A stretch of 63,465 nucleotides of DNA, the filler included, from Octopus bimaculoides (taxonomy: Eukaryota), in assembly GCF_001194135.2 (NCBI RefSeq). It is 5 parts of 5 records of this genome, joined end to end, with 100 filler letters (N's around TTAATTAATTAA, not from the genome) between each part and the next. Parts side by side here need not be neighbours in the genome. Positions count along the whole stretch, not along the records: positions 1 to 24,763 come from NC_068981.1; 4 more parts are not named here. The stretch is one strand, 5' to 3'. Position numbers and translations under genes: made by a program. The notes below the pieces were generated by a model. The model saw nothing but the letters and a program-made list of their open reading frames with translations, had not been told where the DNA came from and searched no databases. This document shows positions 1-12,248 of this stretch, one piece after another. The stretch's first letter is position 1. Each line of letters begins with the position of its first letter.

Positions 1-31
1 CACACACACACGTATATATATATATATATAT

Positions 32-150
32 ACTACGAGCTTCCACACAGTTTCTGCTTACCAAATTCATTCACAAGTCTTTGGTCGGTTCGAGGCTAAA
101 GTAAAGGCCAATTGTCCAAGGTGCTGCGCTGTACGAGTGTGCTTTATCTC
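32..150 (-). mobile_element. SINE family C fragment (CORE-like, tRNA-derived)
   Basis: Matches the copy at 11494-11903 in reverse (ccttgggcaagtgtcttc/gaccaaagc block). Confidence 0.6.
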
Positions 151-451
151 TTAATATAAATCTCTGGTAATGTTTCTGATAACAGAAATGCTTCATTAGT
201 GAAAGAGATAATGAAAAATTAATGAAAAGGCACATTTTATTTACTTCCATCAGCAAATGTTAAAACAAACCATAATGTGTCATGGATTGATAATGTGTCA
301 TCATATCTTGACGGTTTTATCCGGTAGAGGTTATACAGCGTCCGATAGAATGACATGCAATATTTGTTAGAGCTGTCTACTGTTTCAGTTCAAATCATGC
401 TGAGGTCAACCTTACTTTTCATCCTTTCGGGATCAATAAATAAATGTTGTT

Positions 452-830
452 GGCACTCCGTCGCTTACGACGTCGAGGGTTCCAGTTGATCCGATCAACG
501 GAACAGCCTGCTCGTGAAATTAACGTGCAAATGGCTAAGCACTCCACAGACACGTGTACCCTTAACGTATTTCTGGGCTATATTCAGCGTGACACAGTGT
601 GACAAGGTTGACCCTTTGAATTACAGGCACAACAGAAACAGGAAGTAAGAGTAAGAGAAAGTTATCGTGAAAGAGTACAGCAGGGTTCGCCACCATCCCC
701 TGCCGGAGCCTCGTGGAGCTTTAGGTGTTTTCGCTCAATAAACACTCACAACGCTCGGTCAGGGAATCGAAATCGCGATCCTATGACCACGAGTCCGCTG
801 CCCTAACCACTGGGCCATTGCGCCTCCACA
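452..830 (-). mobile_element. tRNA-derived SINE, family A
   Basis: Minus-strand head tggaggcgcaatggcccagtggttagggcagcggactc...gatttcgattccc with pol III A/B boxes. Near-identical copies at 23676, 25853 and 49476. Flanks share aataaataaat (possible TSD). Confidence 0.85.
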
Positions 831-1744
831 ATAAATAAATAGTCAGCCCAGAACGATGGATGGGTGTAGAATTGTTAGATAGTCAGACGAGATACACTGC
901 GCTATCTGTAGCTGCATTTTGCAAGCTGACTGCAACGACGCTCCGATGAGGACGGTGCCAAGCTGTATCGGCCATTTGTCGTTTATTAGGACAATATCAG
1001 TGGCATAGAGAGCGGGAGTTGTATGCATGGGCAACTATTAGCCTTCTTTCGAAAGAACTTCACAACCTCCCAGTTGCAAATCCATAGTATCACAAAACAT
1101 GTACCTTGCCTCGGGGCTTCAACTACTGTTGTCGTACTCCGTTGCGACAGGCGACGTTTCTTGCTCACTTTTCGATCTTGTGTAGCTCATCCGCTTCAAG
1201 TCTGATAACATCCGATTTCTTCCAGAAAGAGAGAAATTGACATATACATAAGAAGAAAGAGAAAGAGATGGGGAAATCGATTCCACTTCCGCTACATTAC
1301 TCGTCAACCTATAAAGAATGAAAAGTAAAATCAACCTTCGTAGAATTTGAACCTAGAAAACAGGAACGCATTATGTAAAAGAATCTATCCGACGACTTTA
1401 ACAATTCATCCATTCTGTCATCTTATATAACTCAGGTACAAGATTCGATTTTTTAACAAACCTTTCATTATAATAAACATGTCTTTTATTTCTTTCTAGA
1501 GTATGTGGTGAAACCAGATGACAAAATGTTTTGTGGTACATTAAGGTGTGACTCTGTAATCTGAGTTTAAGTTCTGTTGAGGTCGACTTTGCATTTTCTC
1601 TTCTGAAGACTGGGTGGGGTGTGTACAATAAGAACCAGCAGTGCATTTGATTTAATCAACAATACTCCTCGATTAACATCTATGAGTAGAAATCAATAAA
1701 TATATTTTATATGACATTACTGTTACCATATCCTTTCCTACTCT

Positions 1745-1950
1745 ACTAGGCACAAGGCCCGAAATTTTGAGGGAGGGGACCAGTTGATTAGATCGACCTC
1801 AGTACGCAACTGGTAATTAATTTATCGACCCCGAAAGGATGAACGGCAAAGTCGACCTCGGCGGAATTTGAAGTCAGAACGTAAAAACAGACGGAATATC
1901 GCTAAGTATTTCGCCCGGCCTGCTAACGTTTCTGCCAGCTCGCGGCCTTA
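1745..1950 (-). mobile_element. tRNA-derived SINE, family B (most abundant repeat in the window)
   Basis: Head gcgagctggcagaaacgttag...gacttcaaattcc, then core gaggtcgactttgccgttcatcctttcggggtcgataaatt. More than 20 copies or fragments. The core resembles the Meta-SINE domain as I remember it (unverified). Confidence 0.85.
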
Positions 1951-2656
1951 TTATTGTTACCATATCATAATATTGATTATGTTAAATAACCTTGGATAAT
2001 GTCCCATCTATATTTAGCCCCTTGTGGGTAATAAAAAACATCAGGACGTTGGTGTTGCCTTGGCGCAGGTTTTCGCTCTCTGAGTGCTCTTCTTAGAAAT
2101 ATGGACCAAGCTTGATTCTATGGTTTAACTTCTTTGTTTTCATGCTTTATCTTTTACTTGTTTCAGTCATTGTACTGCTGCTATGCTGGAACACCGCTTT
2201 GAATGGTTTTAGTTGGACATATCGAGTCCAATACTTATTTTAAAGTCTAATGCTTAATATCAGTCTCAGCTACCGAATCTAGTGGGGACAGTTGGAGGAG
2301 CGGGCATGTAGAACTTGTGGGGATGCAGCGTCGAGATGTGTCTTTTTGCCGCTTTCGAAGACATTGGAAGGATCCCCTACCAGGTGGAGATTTCGGATAG
2401 GTTCACCGCCATCAATTCGCCGCAGAGAAGTTCATCACCATCAGTTCACCGTGAAGAAAGTTCACCGTGAGGAAGGTTTACCAAGAAAATATATTCGTAG
2501 TATCGTGAAGTATATTTGCCACCTAAATGCGGCTAACCCTTTAGGGTTAGTGCTACTGTAGCTTGTAGCCCCAGGAAGACATCTCCTCCAGCTGGCTATT
2601 GACACACTATCTATGCCCTATCAGTATTTGCAAAGGGAAGTCATCGTTCCCATCTG

Positions 2657-2696
2657 CACGGATTCGAGTTTCTGGGTATTGACTCGTCATCAGCGT
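2657..2696 (-). ncRNA. Degenerate type-I hammerhead ribozyme motif
   Basis: acg-CTGATGA-cgagtcaataccca-GAAAC-tcga-ATC-cgtg; stem II is mispaired. Confidence 0.5.
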
Positions 2697-2788
2697 ACTT
2701 CGCTCAGAGATTTACTATTGCTTGTTTCCACTTTTTCGAAAAAAGTATATACATTTGCATTGAGAACTCATCGCCAACCGGTGGTTGT

Positions 2789-2833
2789 CACACGCTGATG
2801 ACGAGTCAATACCCAGAGACTCGTGTCCGTGTG
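2789..2833 (+). ncRNA. Degenerate type-I hammerhead ribozyme motif
   Basis: cacacg-CTGATGA-cgagtcaataccca-GAGAC-tcgt-GTC-cgtgtg; 6-bp stem I, GAAAC changed to GAGAC. Confidence 0.55.
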
Positions 2834-3916
2834 TGTCACGTCAGGCTGGAAATGGGAACGATGACTTCCCTTTGCAAATACTGATAGGCCATAGATAGTG
2901 TGTCAACAGCCAGCTGGAGGAGATGTCTTCCTGGGGCTACAAGCTACAGTAGCATTAGCCCTTAAGGGTTAGCCACATTTAAGTGGCAAATATACTTCAC
3001 GATGTCGTGCGGCTACTGTTTATACCTCGCTCAGAAATTTATTATCTTCGTAGTATCTCACCATTAATAGTTAAAAACTATTTTATTGAAAAAAAAAAGA
3101 TGAACTGATAACGGTGAACTTACCGGACATGCTTCCGTATAAAGCTAGATTTTTTTAAGTGGGTGTATTATTTAATGCATTCACTTCACTGCAAAACTTG
3201 TTTCGTAGACAAAGAAAAGCTAGAGAATTTGATCTCAGCAAGTAAATTATGTACCTAAACGAGGAAACTCATTTTATCTGGTTCGGTACCGTTTCTGCCA
3301 TTTTCTTGTCTTAATGAAACAAATTGCGTGCGTCTGTGTATCTTCTAACTTTTTATTAATGGCTCTCAACATGTATAACTTCTTTCTACTTAATCCTCCA
3401 CTCTCAACCCCCCCCCCCAAAAAAAAACACGCTAATGAGTAGAGTTGCAATTGTGAGGTTAACAACTTCGTTTCTCAATCATTGTGCAGCGCCTTCAGCA
3501 AGTGTCTTCAAGGAAAGTCTCGAGTTCATTTCAGTTACTAGTCTTAGATTGACGGAGGCTGTACAGAAACCCACGTGTGTGTGTGTGTGTGTGTACACGC
3601 GTGCGCGTATAACTGCTGAAACTGTAGCTACTACTTATGACCCGACAGCCATCACATAGAAACCAGCTTCCAGCACTATGTGAATTTTGTGATAAAAACA
3701 TGTGAACGCCTAGAACTGATATCATGAAAATTTAATCTTATTTATTTCAACTTATTTTCCCTTCTCTGATAGCATGACTGGATCGTTTGGTGAAACGATT
3801 GAAACCAGTAGCATATTTTTATAAAAGTATATACATTTTCTTTCTTTTGACCATGATAAATTTCTCAAAAGATTCTCTTGTTGTTTTTAATATACGCGTG
3901 TGTGATGTGTGTACTC

Positions 3917-3964
<48 letters not shown>

Positions 3965-4663
3965 NNNNNNNNNNNNNNNNNNNNNNNNNNNNNNNNNNNN
4001 NNNNNNNNNNNNNNNNNNNNNNNNNNNNNNNNNNNNNNNNNNNNNNNNNNNNNNNNNNNNNNNNNNNNNNNNNNNNNNNNNNNNNNNNNNNNNNNNNNNN
4101 NNNNNNNNNNNNNNNNNNNNNNNNNNNNNNNNNNNNNNNNNNNNNNNNNNNNNNNNNNNNNNNNNNNNNNNNNNNNNNNNNNNNNNNNNNNNNNNNNNNN
4201 NNNNNNNNNNNNNNNNNNNNNNNNNNNNNNNNNNNNNNNNNNNNNNNNNNNNNNNNNNNNNNNNNNNNNNNNNNNNNNNNNNNNNNNNNNNNNNNNNNNN
4301 NNNNNNNNNNNNNNNNNNNNNNNNNNNNNNNNNNNNNNNNNNNNNNNNNNNNNNNNNNNNNNNNNNNNNNNNNNNNNNNNNNNNNNNNNNNNNNNNNNNN
4401 NNNNNNNNNNNNNNNNNNNNNNNNNNNNNNNNNNNNNNNNNNNNNNNNNNNNNNNNNNNNNNNNNNNNNNNNNNNNNNGCATGCATACATACATACATAC
4501 ATACATAGTTGAAATTTACAGAAAAACAAAAAACTTGAATTGACTATATATATATATATAGTCAATTCAAATAAACAAACAATTCAACAAAACAAATAAA
4601 AATGGAAAACATGAGGTAGTACATAAGAAATGTATTAGCTTTACGCTCGATGAAAGGAGAGAG

Positions 4664-4696
4664 TTTGACGTTTCGAGCATAGCTCTTCGTCGCAAA
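4664..4696 (-). ncRNA. Hammerhead-like remnant
   Basis: ttt-GCGACGA-a-gagc-tat-gctc-GAAAC-GTC-aaa; stem II and GAAAC-GTC intact, first core segment altered. Confidence 0.4.
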
Positions 4697-5029
4697 GGAG
4701 AAAGGGGAAAAGTCCAAAGAAGGAAAAGAAATCGCCAACAGCACACGTGTAGTTACAGTGCTGGATATATATACTCCAATTCCATTGAATAAATCAGCAA
4801 TATGAAGACTCCAGAATTGGTTGTGTAAGCCTTTGACCGTTCAGATAAACTTGTTTTATTTACTTAGAAACAAACGGGAAATTATGTTGGTCATTTGTTC
4901 TAATATTTCATTCTTTGTCTGTAGTTGGTAAACCTCTTTTATGGGTATAATTTCAAGAGATACATTTCCCAAAACACGAAATCACTATGATAACATTATT
5001 TTCTTACTTGGATGCTAGCTAATGACAGG

Positions 5030-5500
5030 AGTTATTATTTTTGTTGATTTTTGTCACCAATCAGCTCTGATCCAACAGGTCTAGGATCAAAGGCTTTTCA
5101 CCTGTTGTCCTCCTGCCTTATTTTTAGACATAGTATGTTTAGGACTACACTAATTAATACGTTGCTCCTAGTTTAAATCAGCACGGTGTAATTTAGGGAG
5201 GACTAGTCATTGTTCGGCGTGGGAGATTTGGCAGGACAAAAGCGACTATGTAGGCACTCCTTCACTGGTTTGACAGCTGATGGTGATGTTACTGCTGTTT
5301 TTGCTGTTGTTTGACTCCAGATCAACCCTAATCAAACAAATCTGTGACCAAGGATATTTCAGCTGTGACTATCCTGCATTATATTTTTTGTATACATGGA
5401 CCCCCCGGAACATATCATCTAAGACGCTGAAGTGTTGCCTGAGTAAAATTTGGCTGCTGTTTCTAGCAGCTCGAACAACCACGTAGAAGTGCCATTATTG
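5030..5500 (-). mobile_element. SINE-like repeat family F, two fragments
   Basis: Blocks tggctgctgtttctagcagctcgaacaaccacgtagaag and the ggatcaaaggc/ttgactccagatcaacc tails. Related sequence at 30090-30310 and 48985-49080. Confidence 0.5.
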
Positions 5501-5984
5501 AACCAACGTTTAGATGTAATAAACTTCGGTCAAATTTTCACAAATCTCATTAAATAGCTTCCTTTGCACCTTCAATGAAAACCGCCGATAAACGTTCTTC
5601 ATTATAACGTACAACACTAAATTAAATCAGAGGAATGACATGGATAAATTATTGTTTATTTCTGAAGGAAATCTATTCCAAGATTAACCATTTTATGGCT
5701 GTATTTCTATTGAGAGATATAATTCATAGACTTTGATAGATTTAGAAATAGAACAGGGGTGAAATTAGGATATTCAGCAACCAAGGCTAGCTTTACAATA
5801 TGCAACTCCTTTTCCAACTACAGTCTGTTCCTCCTTTATCCAGCCTTAGATTGTGCACTCATTTTAACAATTTTTTTCTACAAATTCTTCACCTTTTTTT
5901 CACACAAACTGAAAAATGAAGTTAAAAAATTATAATTAACTTGTGCACAAGAAATCTATAACATTTTGGTTTCTGGTTTTGGCA

Positions 5985-6385
5985 CAAGTTTATCAATTTC
6001 GGGGAGAATTAGGACGATTACATCGACCTCAGTGTTCCACGGGTACATATTTCATTGACCCTGAAATGTTAAAGGCAAAGTTGATCTCGGCGTAATTTGA
6101 ACTCAGAATGTTCAAGACGGACCGAATGCCAATAAGCATTTTTCCCGGTGTGCTAACGATTCTGCCAGCTCACCACCTTAATGTATAATATTGGTTTCAA
6201 ATTTTGGCACAAGGCTAGCAAGTTCGGAGGAGAGAATAAGTCAACTACATCGACCCCAGTGCTCGACTGGTACTTATTTTATTGACCCTGAAAGGATGAA
6301 AGGCCAGGTCGACCTCGGCAGAATTTGAACTCAGAATGTTAAGGATGGATAAAACCACGCTAGGGATTTTGCCGGGCGTGCTAAC
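5985..6385 (-). mobile_element. Two tandem family B SINEs
   Basis: Two successive same-orientation copies (~5985-6185 and ~6200-6385). Confidence 0.8.
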
Positions 6386-6654
6386 TGACAAAACCCTCAA
6401 CACGTCGGACACAATGCTTAACGGCATATCTTCTGGATCTTTACATTCTGAATGTAAAGAGGGTCGAAGTAATCGGTTATCCCATCCCGTAAAATAGCTC
6501 GCCTTGTACCAACATATGAAACGATTATCAAACGTATCAATGAGTAAATCTATTATCTGACAAAATCATTAATGTTTCACGCCACATCACATGCTTGGTC
6601 ACTACACCTTCCATCTTTCTTCCATCTTCCACTGCTCAGGGAGTGATCTCTTCT

Positions 6655-6860
6655 ACTCTAGGCACAAGGCCCGAAATTTTGGGGGAGGGGGCCAGTCGAT
6701 TAGATCGACTCTAGTACGCAACTGGTACTTAATTTATCGATCCCGAAAGGATGAAAGGCAAAGTCGACATCGGCGGAATTTGAACTCAGAACGTAAAGAC
6801 AGACGAAATACCGCTAAGCATTTCGCCCGGCGTGTTAACGTTTCTGCCAGCTCGCCCCTT
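6655..6860 (-). mobile_element. Family B SINE
   Basis: High identity to the 1745-1950 copy. Confidence 0.85.
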
Positions 6861-8699
6861 GGGAGTGAACTCTCTTGCTCTCATTATTACTACGATTTCA
6901 AGTTTCTAGTTGGATTATAGTGTTTAAGATGTTCAGAATTTGTACCACACGCCCAGATTTTAGCGTCTTGATGACCACCAGTTGGCCGAGTGTGTAGTAC
7001 CAGTCCTGATCAGTTGGAGAAATTTAGTAAAATAAAACTTCACGTTATTAAGATGGTCTTTAGAATAAATCATACATAAAACTGTCTTTCATAAAATTGT
7101 AATTTCACGTTTTAATTTAAATATGGATGGGTAACGACAATGACTGAACGTGAAGATGTCTTGGAAAAATGAATGAGAGAAGAAGAACTAATTATTACGA
7201 TGGTCATTTACTTTTGTTTGTAAATGCAGTAAGATGGTTTCTGTGGATCTATGGTTCATTCTGTATGTTAGTAGCTTCTCTACGACTGTTACGAAGAAAG
7301 ACATAGTAACAATTGTCTTTATAATTAGAGAGAGTTATGACTTTGTTAAGCTATTCATAAAAATAATTACAAACGAGAGTGTGTCGAAGTATCGTTTATT
7401 CTGCTTCAGTCATCTACACTGCGAGGGAGAAAACGATTGACCATTTAAACCCGAGTTTCGTTTACCACCTAACCGGAAGTCCTTTCTATCTGCGGACCTG
7501 CTCGATAGCTAGCCCGCAGTCAAGGACCTTGTCTATAGTTCGTCTGTTATGAGTTCATTGGCAATGTTCTACAGAGCGATAGTTCTATTCTCGCACGTCA
7601 CTCTTTGACTACGGAATCGGCCGATGCTCTTGGTTTGGCGTCGCACTTACCAAAGAGGTGGACTTAACATTTAACTGTGTATTTATGTGTTTAATAATTA
7701 AAGTAGGTCAACTGAGAACAGCAGAATTTCTCCAGAATGATCTGTTTTGCACCTTTCACGATCAGAGAAAGATGAACAGGTCAACTTATTCGCATTAATC
7801 TCCAAGTGCAGAGAGGAGAAAACAATAGACCGGAAAATTGTTTGTCAATTAATAAAAATGTAGATTCGGTTTCGAATCCCAGCTTTAGTTATTCTATAGC
7901 TGGTCACAATAAACGCTTTAAAATTAAAGATCTCGTAACCTAAAACCATGCAGTTAGTACGGAAAGGGTTAAAGTGAATGCAAAAAAATTAGATTCCTTG
8001 CAGACTATCATGAGTTTGCAAAGCCAAGAATTTACTATTTCTCTATAATTCAACACTCAGAAGAGGTAATTCTATAAATATTCCAATACGTAAACAGACA
8101 CAAGATTTAATAATCAATTTTTATTCATTCACAAATCGTCCGCAAGCAATTAATCAATTTTTCGTATCAACAGCCTCTATTGATAAGTGCAAAAATATAG
8201 TCCAGATATATGTAAACTAAAACATGTAGCACCAAATCAGCCAGTCGTAATATATGCAGACGTACACAAACGTTTTTCAGGCTTCAGATGTTTAAATACA
8301 AATCTTTGTGGATGTAACTTTAATGATTCATAAATTATTGAATATGAATATAAGAAAGAAACATCAAATGTTAGAAATGAAATAATTTGTAACTTTGAAA
8401 GCTACAAAAGATATTCATGTACCAAACAGAGAACTTCAAACAGTGAAGATTGTTAGGCAGAAGGTTAGACTGCAAAGAACCAAAGTCCACTTGCTACTTT
8501 TGATTCCCGTTAGAAGCATTTTTCCCTTTAATTTATGTTACTAATGCTGTGAATGAAGGTGTTACAAATTTCTAGTTCAATACAAATTTGTCACCAAGTC
8601 TATGCAAATGTTGCTAAGCCGATAAACATATATATATGTAGGACCTCGTTTGGCCCTGCCTGAGATTCGAAACCGAATCTGGAAATTCTCCCTCACTTT

Positions 8700-8850
8700 A
8701 TGTTCTGGGTTCAAATTCCGCCGAGGTCGACTTTGCCTTTCATACTTTCGGAGTCGTTAAATTGAGTACCAGTTGCGTACTGGAGTCGATCTAATCGACT
8801 GCCCCCCCCCCTCCTCAAAAACATTTCGGGCCTTGTACCTAGAGTAGAAA
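8700..8850 (+). mobile_element. Family B SINE, 5'-truncated
   Basis: gggttcaaattccgccgaggtcgactttgcc...gggccttgtacctagagtag. Confidence 0.8.
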
Positions 8851-9689
8851 AGAAGAAAAGGGACAGCTGATTAATGCGTTTTCCGTTTGACCTATGACAT
8901 TGCTATACCATAGAAAGTTTGGGTAAACAAAGTATGAGCTATATTAATTTAGCTAGAGTTAAAACAGTATATCTATTTTCCTAGCTAGTCTGCACAATTA
9001 TAAATACTAGCANNNNNNNNNNNNNNNNNNNNNNNNNNNNNNNNNNNNNNNNNNNNNNNNNNNNNNNNNNNNNNNNNNNNNNNNNNNNNNNNNNNNNNNN
9101 NNNNNNNNNNNNNNNNNNNNNNNNNNNNNNNNNNNNNNNNNNNNNNNNNNNNNNNNNNNNNNNNNNNNNNNNNNNNNNNNNNNNNNNNNNNNNNNNNNNN
9201 NNNNNNNNNNNNNNNNNNNNNNNNNNNNNNNNNNNNNNNNNNNNNNNNNNNNNNNNNNNNNNNNNNNNNNNNNNNNNNNNNNNNNNNNNNNATATATATA
9301 TATAATATAATATAATATAGGATAAATTCTTTATAAGAATTTATCAAGTAGTCAGCGTGAAAAAACCTCATAATCACAGTAACGATGACTTTTGTTCACA
9401 ATTATATATCCCTGAAAGAGATTTGAATTTATCCAGTTGCATCCAGTTGTGATGGCTACATCGTGGTAGGTTGATTCTTGTTTATTTTTATATATCTTAA
9501 CCATACGTGTACTGATGAACTAACGAATCTCCAGCTGCTGCAGATGCCAGGATATCAAAAATAATCAAAGTGTAGTACAACGCTTTCTCTATGGAATGGT
9601 GAAACTATTTTTGTTTTCTAAATTGCAACGTTTTGGACTTACGACACTTTTGCATGATAGCCACGATATATATATATATATTCTTTTAT

Positions 9690-9900
9690 TCTTTCATTCT
9701 TTTACTTGTTTCAGTCATTTAACTGTCACATACTGGAGTACCGCCTTTAGCCAAACAAATCAACCCCAGGACTTATTCTTTGTAAGTCTAGTACTTATTC
9801 TGTCGATCTCTTTTCCCGAACCGCCAAGTTACGGGGATGTAAACACACCAAAATTGGTTGTCAAGCAATGGTGGAGGCACAAACACAGACACACAGATAC
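9690..9900 (-). mobile_element. Family C SINE 3' part
   Basis: Reverse match to 11700-11903. Confidence 0.7.
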
Positions 9901-9905
9901 ATAAT

Positions 9906-9946
<41 letters not shown>

Positions 9947-10894
9947 NNNNNNNNNNNNNNNNNNNNNNNNNNNNNNNNNNNNNNNNNNNNNNNNNNNNNN
10001 NNNNNNNNNNNNNNNNNNNNNNNNNNNNNNNNNNNNNNNNNNNNNNNNNNNNNNNNNNNNNNNNNNNNNNNNNNNNNNNNNNNNNNNNNNNNNNNNNNNN
10101 NNNNNNNNNNNNNNNNNNNNNNNNNNNNNNNNNNNNNNNNNNNNNNNNNNNNNNNNNNNNNNNNNNNNNNNNNNNNNNNNNNNNNNNNNNNNNNNNNNNN
10201 NNNNNNNNNNNNNNNNNNNNNNNNNNNNNNNNNNNNNNNNNNNNNNNNNNNNNNNNNNNNNNNNNNNNNNNNNNNNNNNNNNNNNNNNNNNNNNNNNNNN
10301 NNNNNNNNNNNNNNNNNNNNNNNNNNNNNNNNNNNNNNNNNNNNNNNNNNNNNNNNNNNNNNNNNNNNNNNNNNNNNNNNNNNNNNNNNNNNNNNNNNNN
10401 NNNNNNNNNNNNNNNNNNNNNNNNNNNNNNNNNNNNNNNNNNNNNNNNNNNNNNNNNNNNNNNNNNNNNNNNNNNNNNNNNNNNNNNNNNNNNNNNNNNN
10501 NNNNNNNNNNNNNNNNNNNNNNNNNNNNNNNNNNNNNNNNNNNNNNATATCGACTTACCAATATTAACATGGAGTTAAAATTGAGAAATTTGCATTGATG
10601 TAGAAGGAAGTTATATGATATATGATAATCGGCTGCTGTTCTGCTGATGATCTCTGTATTTCACGATAGGCTGGAGAATCTTCTACCGGTACACGCAATC
10701 AGGTTCCTGATTACAGAGGGTTGTTGGAACGTTTATGAATGTAAATCGTTTTCTCATTGGGTTTTCTGTAGGAGAAGTGATTGCTGTTGGGTAACGTCCA
10801 GGAAGTCGACTTTTGTTAAATTGGTGGCGAGTTATACATATATACGTAAATGCAAAAATACGCATATTTTTACCACAGTTTTGGTTTAAAATTT

Positions 10895-11030
10895 TAGCAC
10901 AAGGCCACCAAGTTCGAAGGAGAGGATAAGTCATTGACCCGGAAAGAATGAACGGCAAAGTCAACCGCGATGGAGTTTGAACTCAGAACGTAAAGACGGA
11001 CGAAATGCCACTAAGCATTTCGCCCGGTAT
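10895..11030 (-). mobile_element. Family B SINE, internally deleted
   Basis: ggcaaagtcaaccgcgatggagtttgaactcagaacgtaaag block. Confidence 0.7.
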
Positions 11031-11493
11031 ATTTATCATATTAGAATTGTAAAATATATAATAGTGTATGTTAGATAGAGGAGTATTCAATATGTGCAAT
11101 TGTTAATCCAGATACGTTCTTTCCTCTCTCCCCGCTTTTCTCTCTCTCCATCTGTTTTATCTCCTCATGCCTTTCTGTACAAGAACGTAGACTCGAAATA
11201 TCAAAGAATTTATTATTTTTTCATGAGCATCAAAGTAATACACGTTTGGTGTTCTCTCATCTGCCTGACATTTTTTGTTGTGTTTTTTTGTACAATTTCG
11301 AACCATATATGTTATATGCGGTGCACACATTTTCTGATACACAACTCAATACTAGTTGTAGAGTGAAATAATATGATTTTAATATCGAAGAACGACAGTC
11401 TTCTCGAGTTTCGCCAGCTGACTGATCGGAATTGAGCCTCCGAACGACGCTCGAGTAGGTTGATTTTTTATATATATAATAAGCCTACATACA

Positions 11494-11903
11494 CCGGCGC
11501 AGGCGTGGCTGTGGTAAAAAGCTTTCTCCCCAACCATATGGTTCAGGGTTAGGTCCCACTGCGTGGCACCTTGGGCAAGTGTCTTCTACTATAGCCTCGG
11601 ACCGACCAAAGCTTTGTGAGCAGATATGGTAGACGGAAACTGAAAGAAGCTCGTTGTATATATAAATATATGTATATATTTATGTGTGTGTCTTTATATC
11701 TGTGTTTGTGCCCCCCACCAACATCGCTTTACAACCGATGTTGGTGAGTTTACGTCCCCGTAGCTTAGTGGTTCGGCAGAAGAGACAGATTGGACAAGTA
11801 CCAGGTTTACACAATATAAGTCCAAGGGTCGATTGCTTCGACTAAAAGGGTGTGCTCCAGCATAGCCCCGGTCAAATGACTGAAACAAATAAAAGAATAA
11901 AAT
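11494..11903 (+). mobile_element. Full-length family C SINE with internal (TA)n/(TG)n
   Basis: Head ggcgcaggcgtggctgtggtaaaa...ggttcagggttaggtcccactg, CORE-like ccttgggcaagtgtcttc, tail gtcaaatgactgaaacaaataaaagaataaaa. Confidence 0.85.
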
Positions 11904-11910
11904 AGAATGC

Positions 11911-12248
11911 TGAGACCCCTTCGGTCATGACTGACCATGGGATTGCACCTAGAAAGTTACCCTCCTAGGCACAAGTCCGGGCAAGGTTGTTTTTATGGAA
12001 GACCAGCAGTCGCCCATGCATACCAGACTCCCCTCTCCATGCCACCATTGTTATCCAAGGGAAAGGCAAACGCGGATACAGCTCGGCACTAGTGGCATCG
12101 CCAATCATTTCTACAGCTGAGTGAACTGGAGCAACGTGAAATAAAGTGTCTTGCTCAAGAACACAACACGCAGCCCGGTCCGGGATTCAAACTCACAACC
12201 ACGCGATCGTAAGCTCGACGCCCTAACCACTGAGCCATGCGCCTTCAC
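11911..12248 (-). mobile_element. tRNA-derived SINE, family D
   Basis: Head tgaaggcgcatggctcagtggttagggcgtcgagcttacg...gagtttgaatcccgg, CORE-like cttgagcaagacacttta, tail atggtcagtcatgaccgaagg. Confidence 0.8.

Larger units (their letters stand above)
2502..3003. repeat. Inverted pair of ~195-bp Penelope-like terminal repeats
   Basis: 2502-2696 is the reverse complement of ~2792-3003 (ccagctggaggagatgtcttcctggggctacaagctacagtagc). A third, diverged copy lies at 31770-31970. Confidence 0.85.

Noticed and set aside
1119-1334. Minus-strand ORF ending MLSDLKRMSYTRSKSEQETSPVATEYDNSS
   Set aside because: No recognisable domain and a weak acceptor.
1500-1535. Possible 36-nt phase 1-1 micro-exon (EYVVKPDDKMFC)
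   Set aside because: Such AG/GT pairs arise by chance in AT-rich DNA, and there is no domain evidence.
3787-4565. Long ORFs spanning N gaps (here and at many other gaps)
   Set aside because: They are open only because N codons are not stops; the flanks are (TA)n, (CA)n or (TACA)n.
8421-8510. Minus-strand MLLTGIKSSKWTLVLCSLTFCLTIFTV, signal- or GPI-like
   Set aside because: Closed by stops on both sides with no convincing splice sites.
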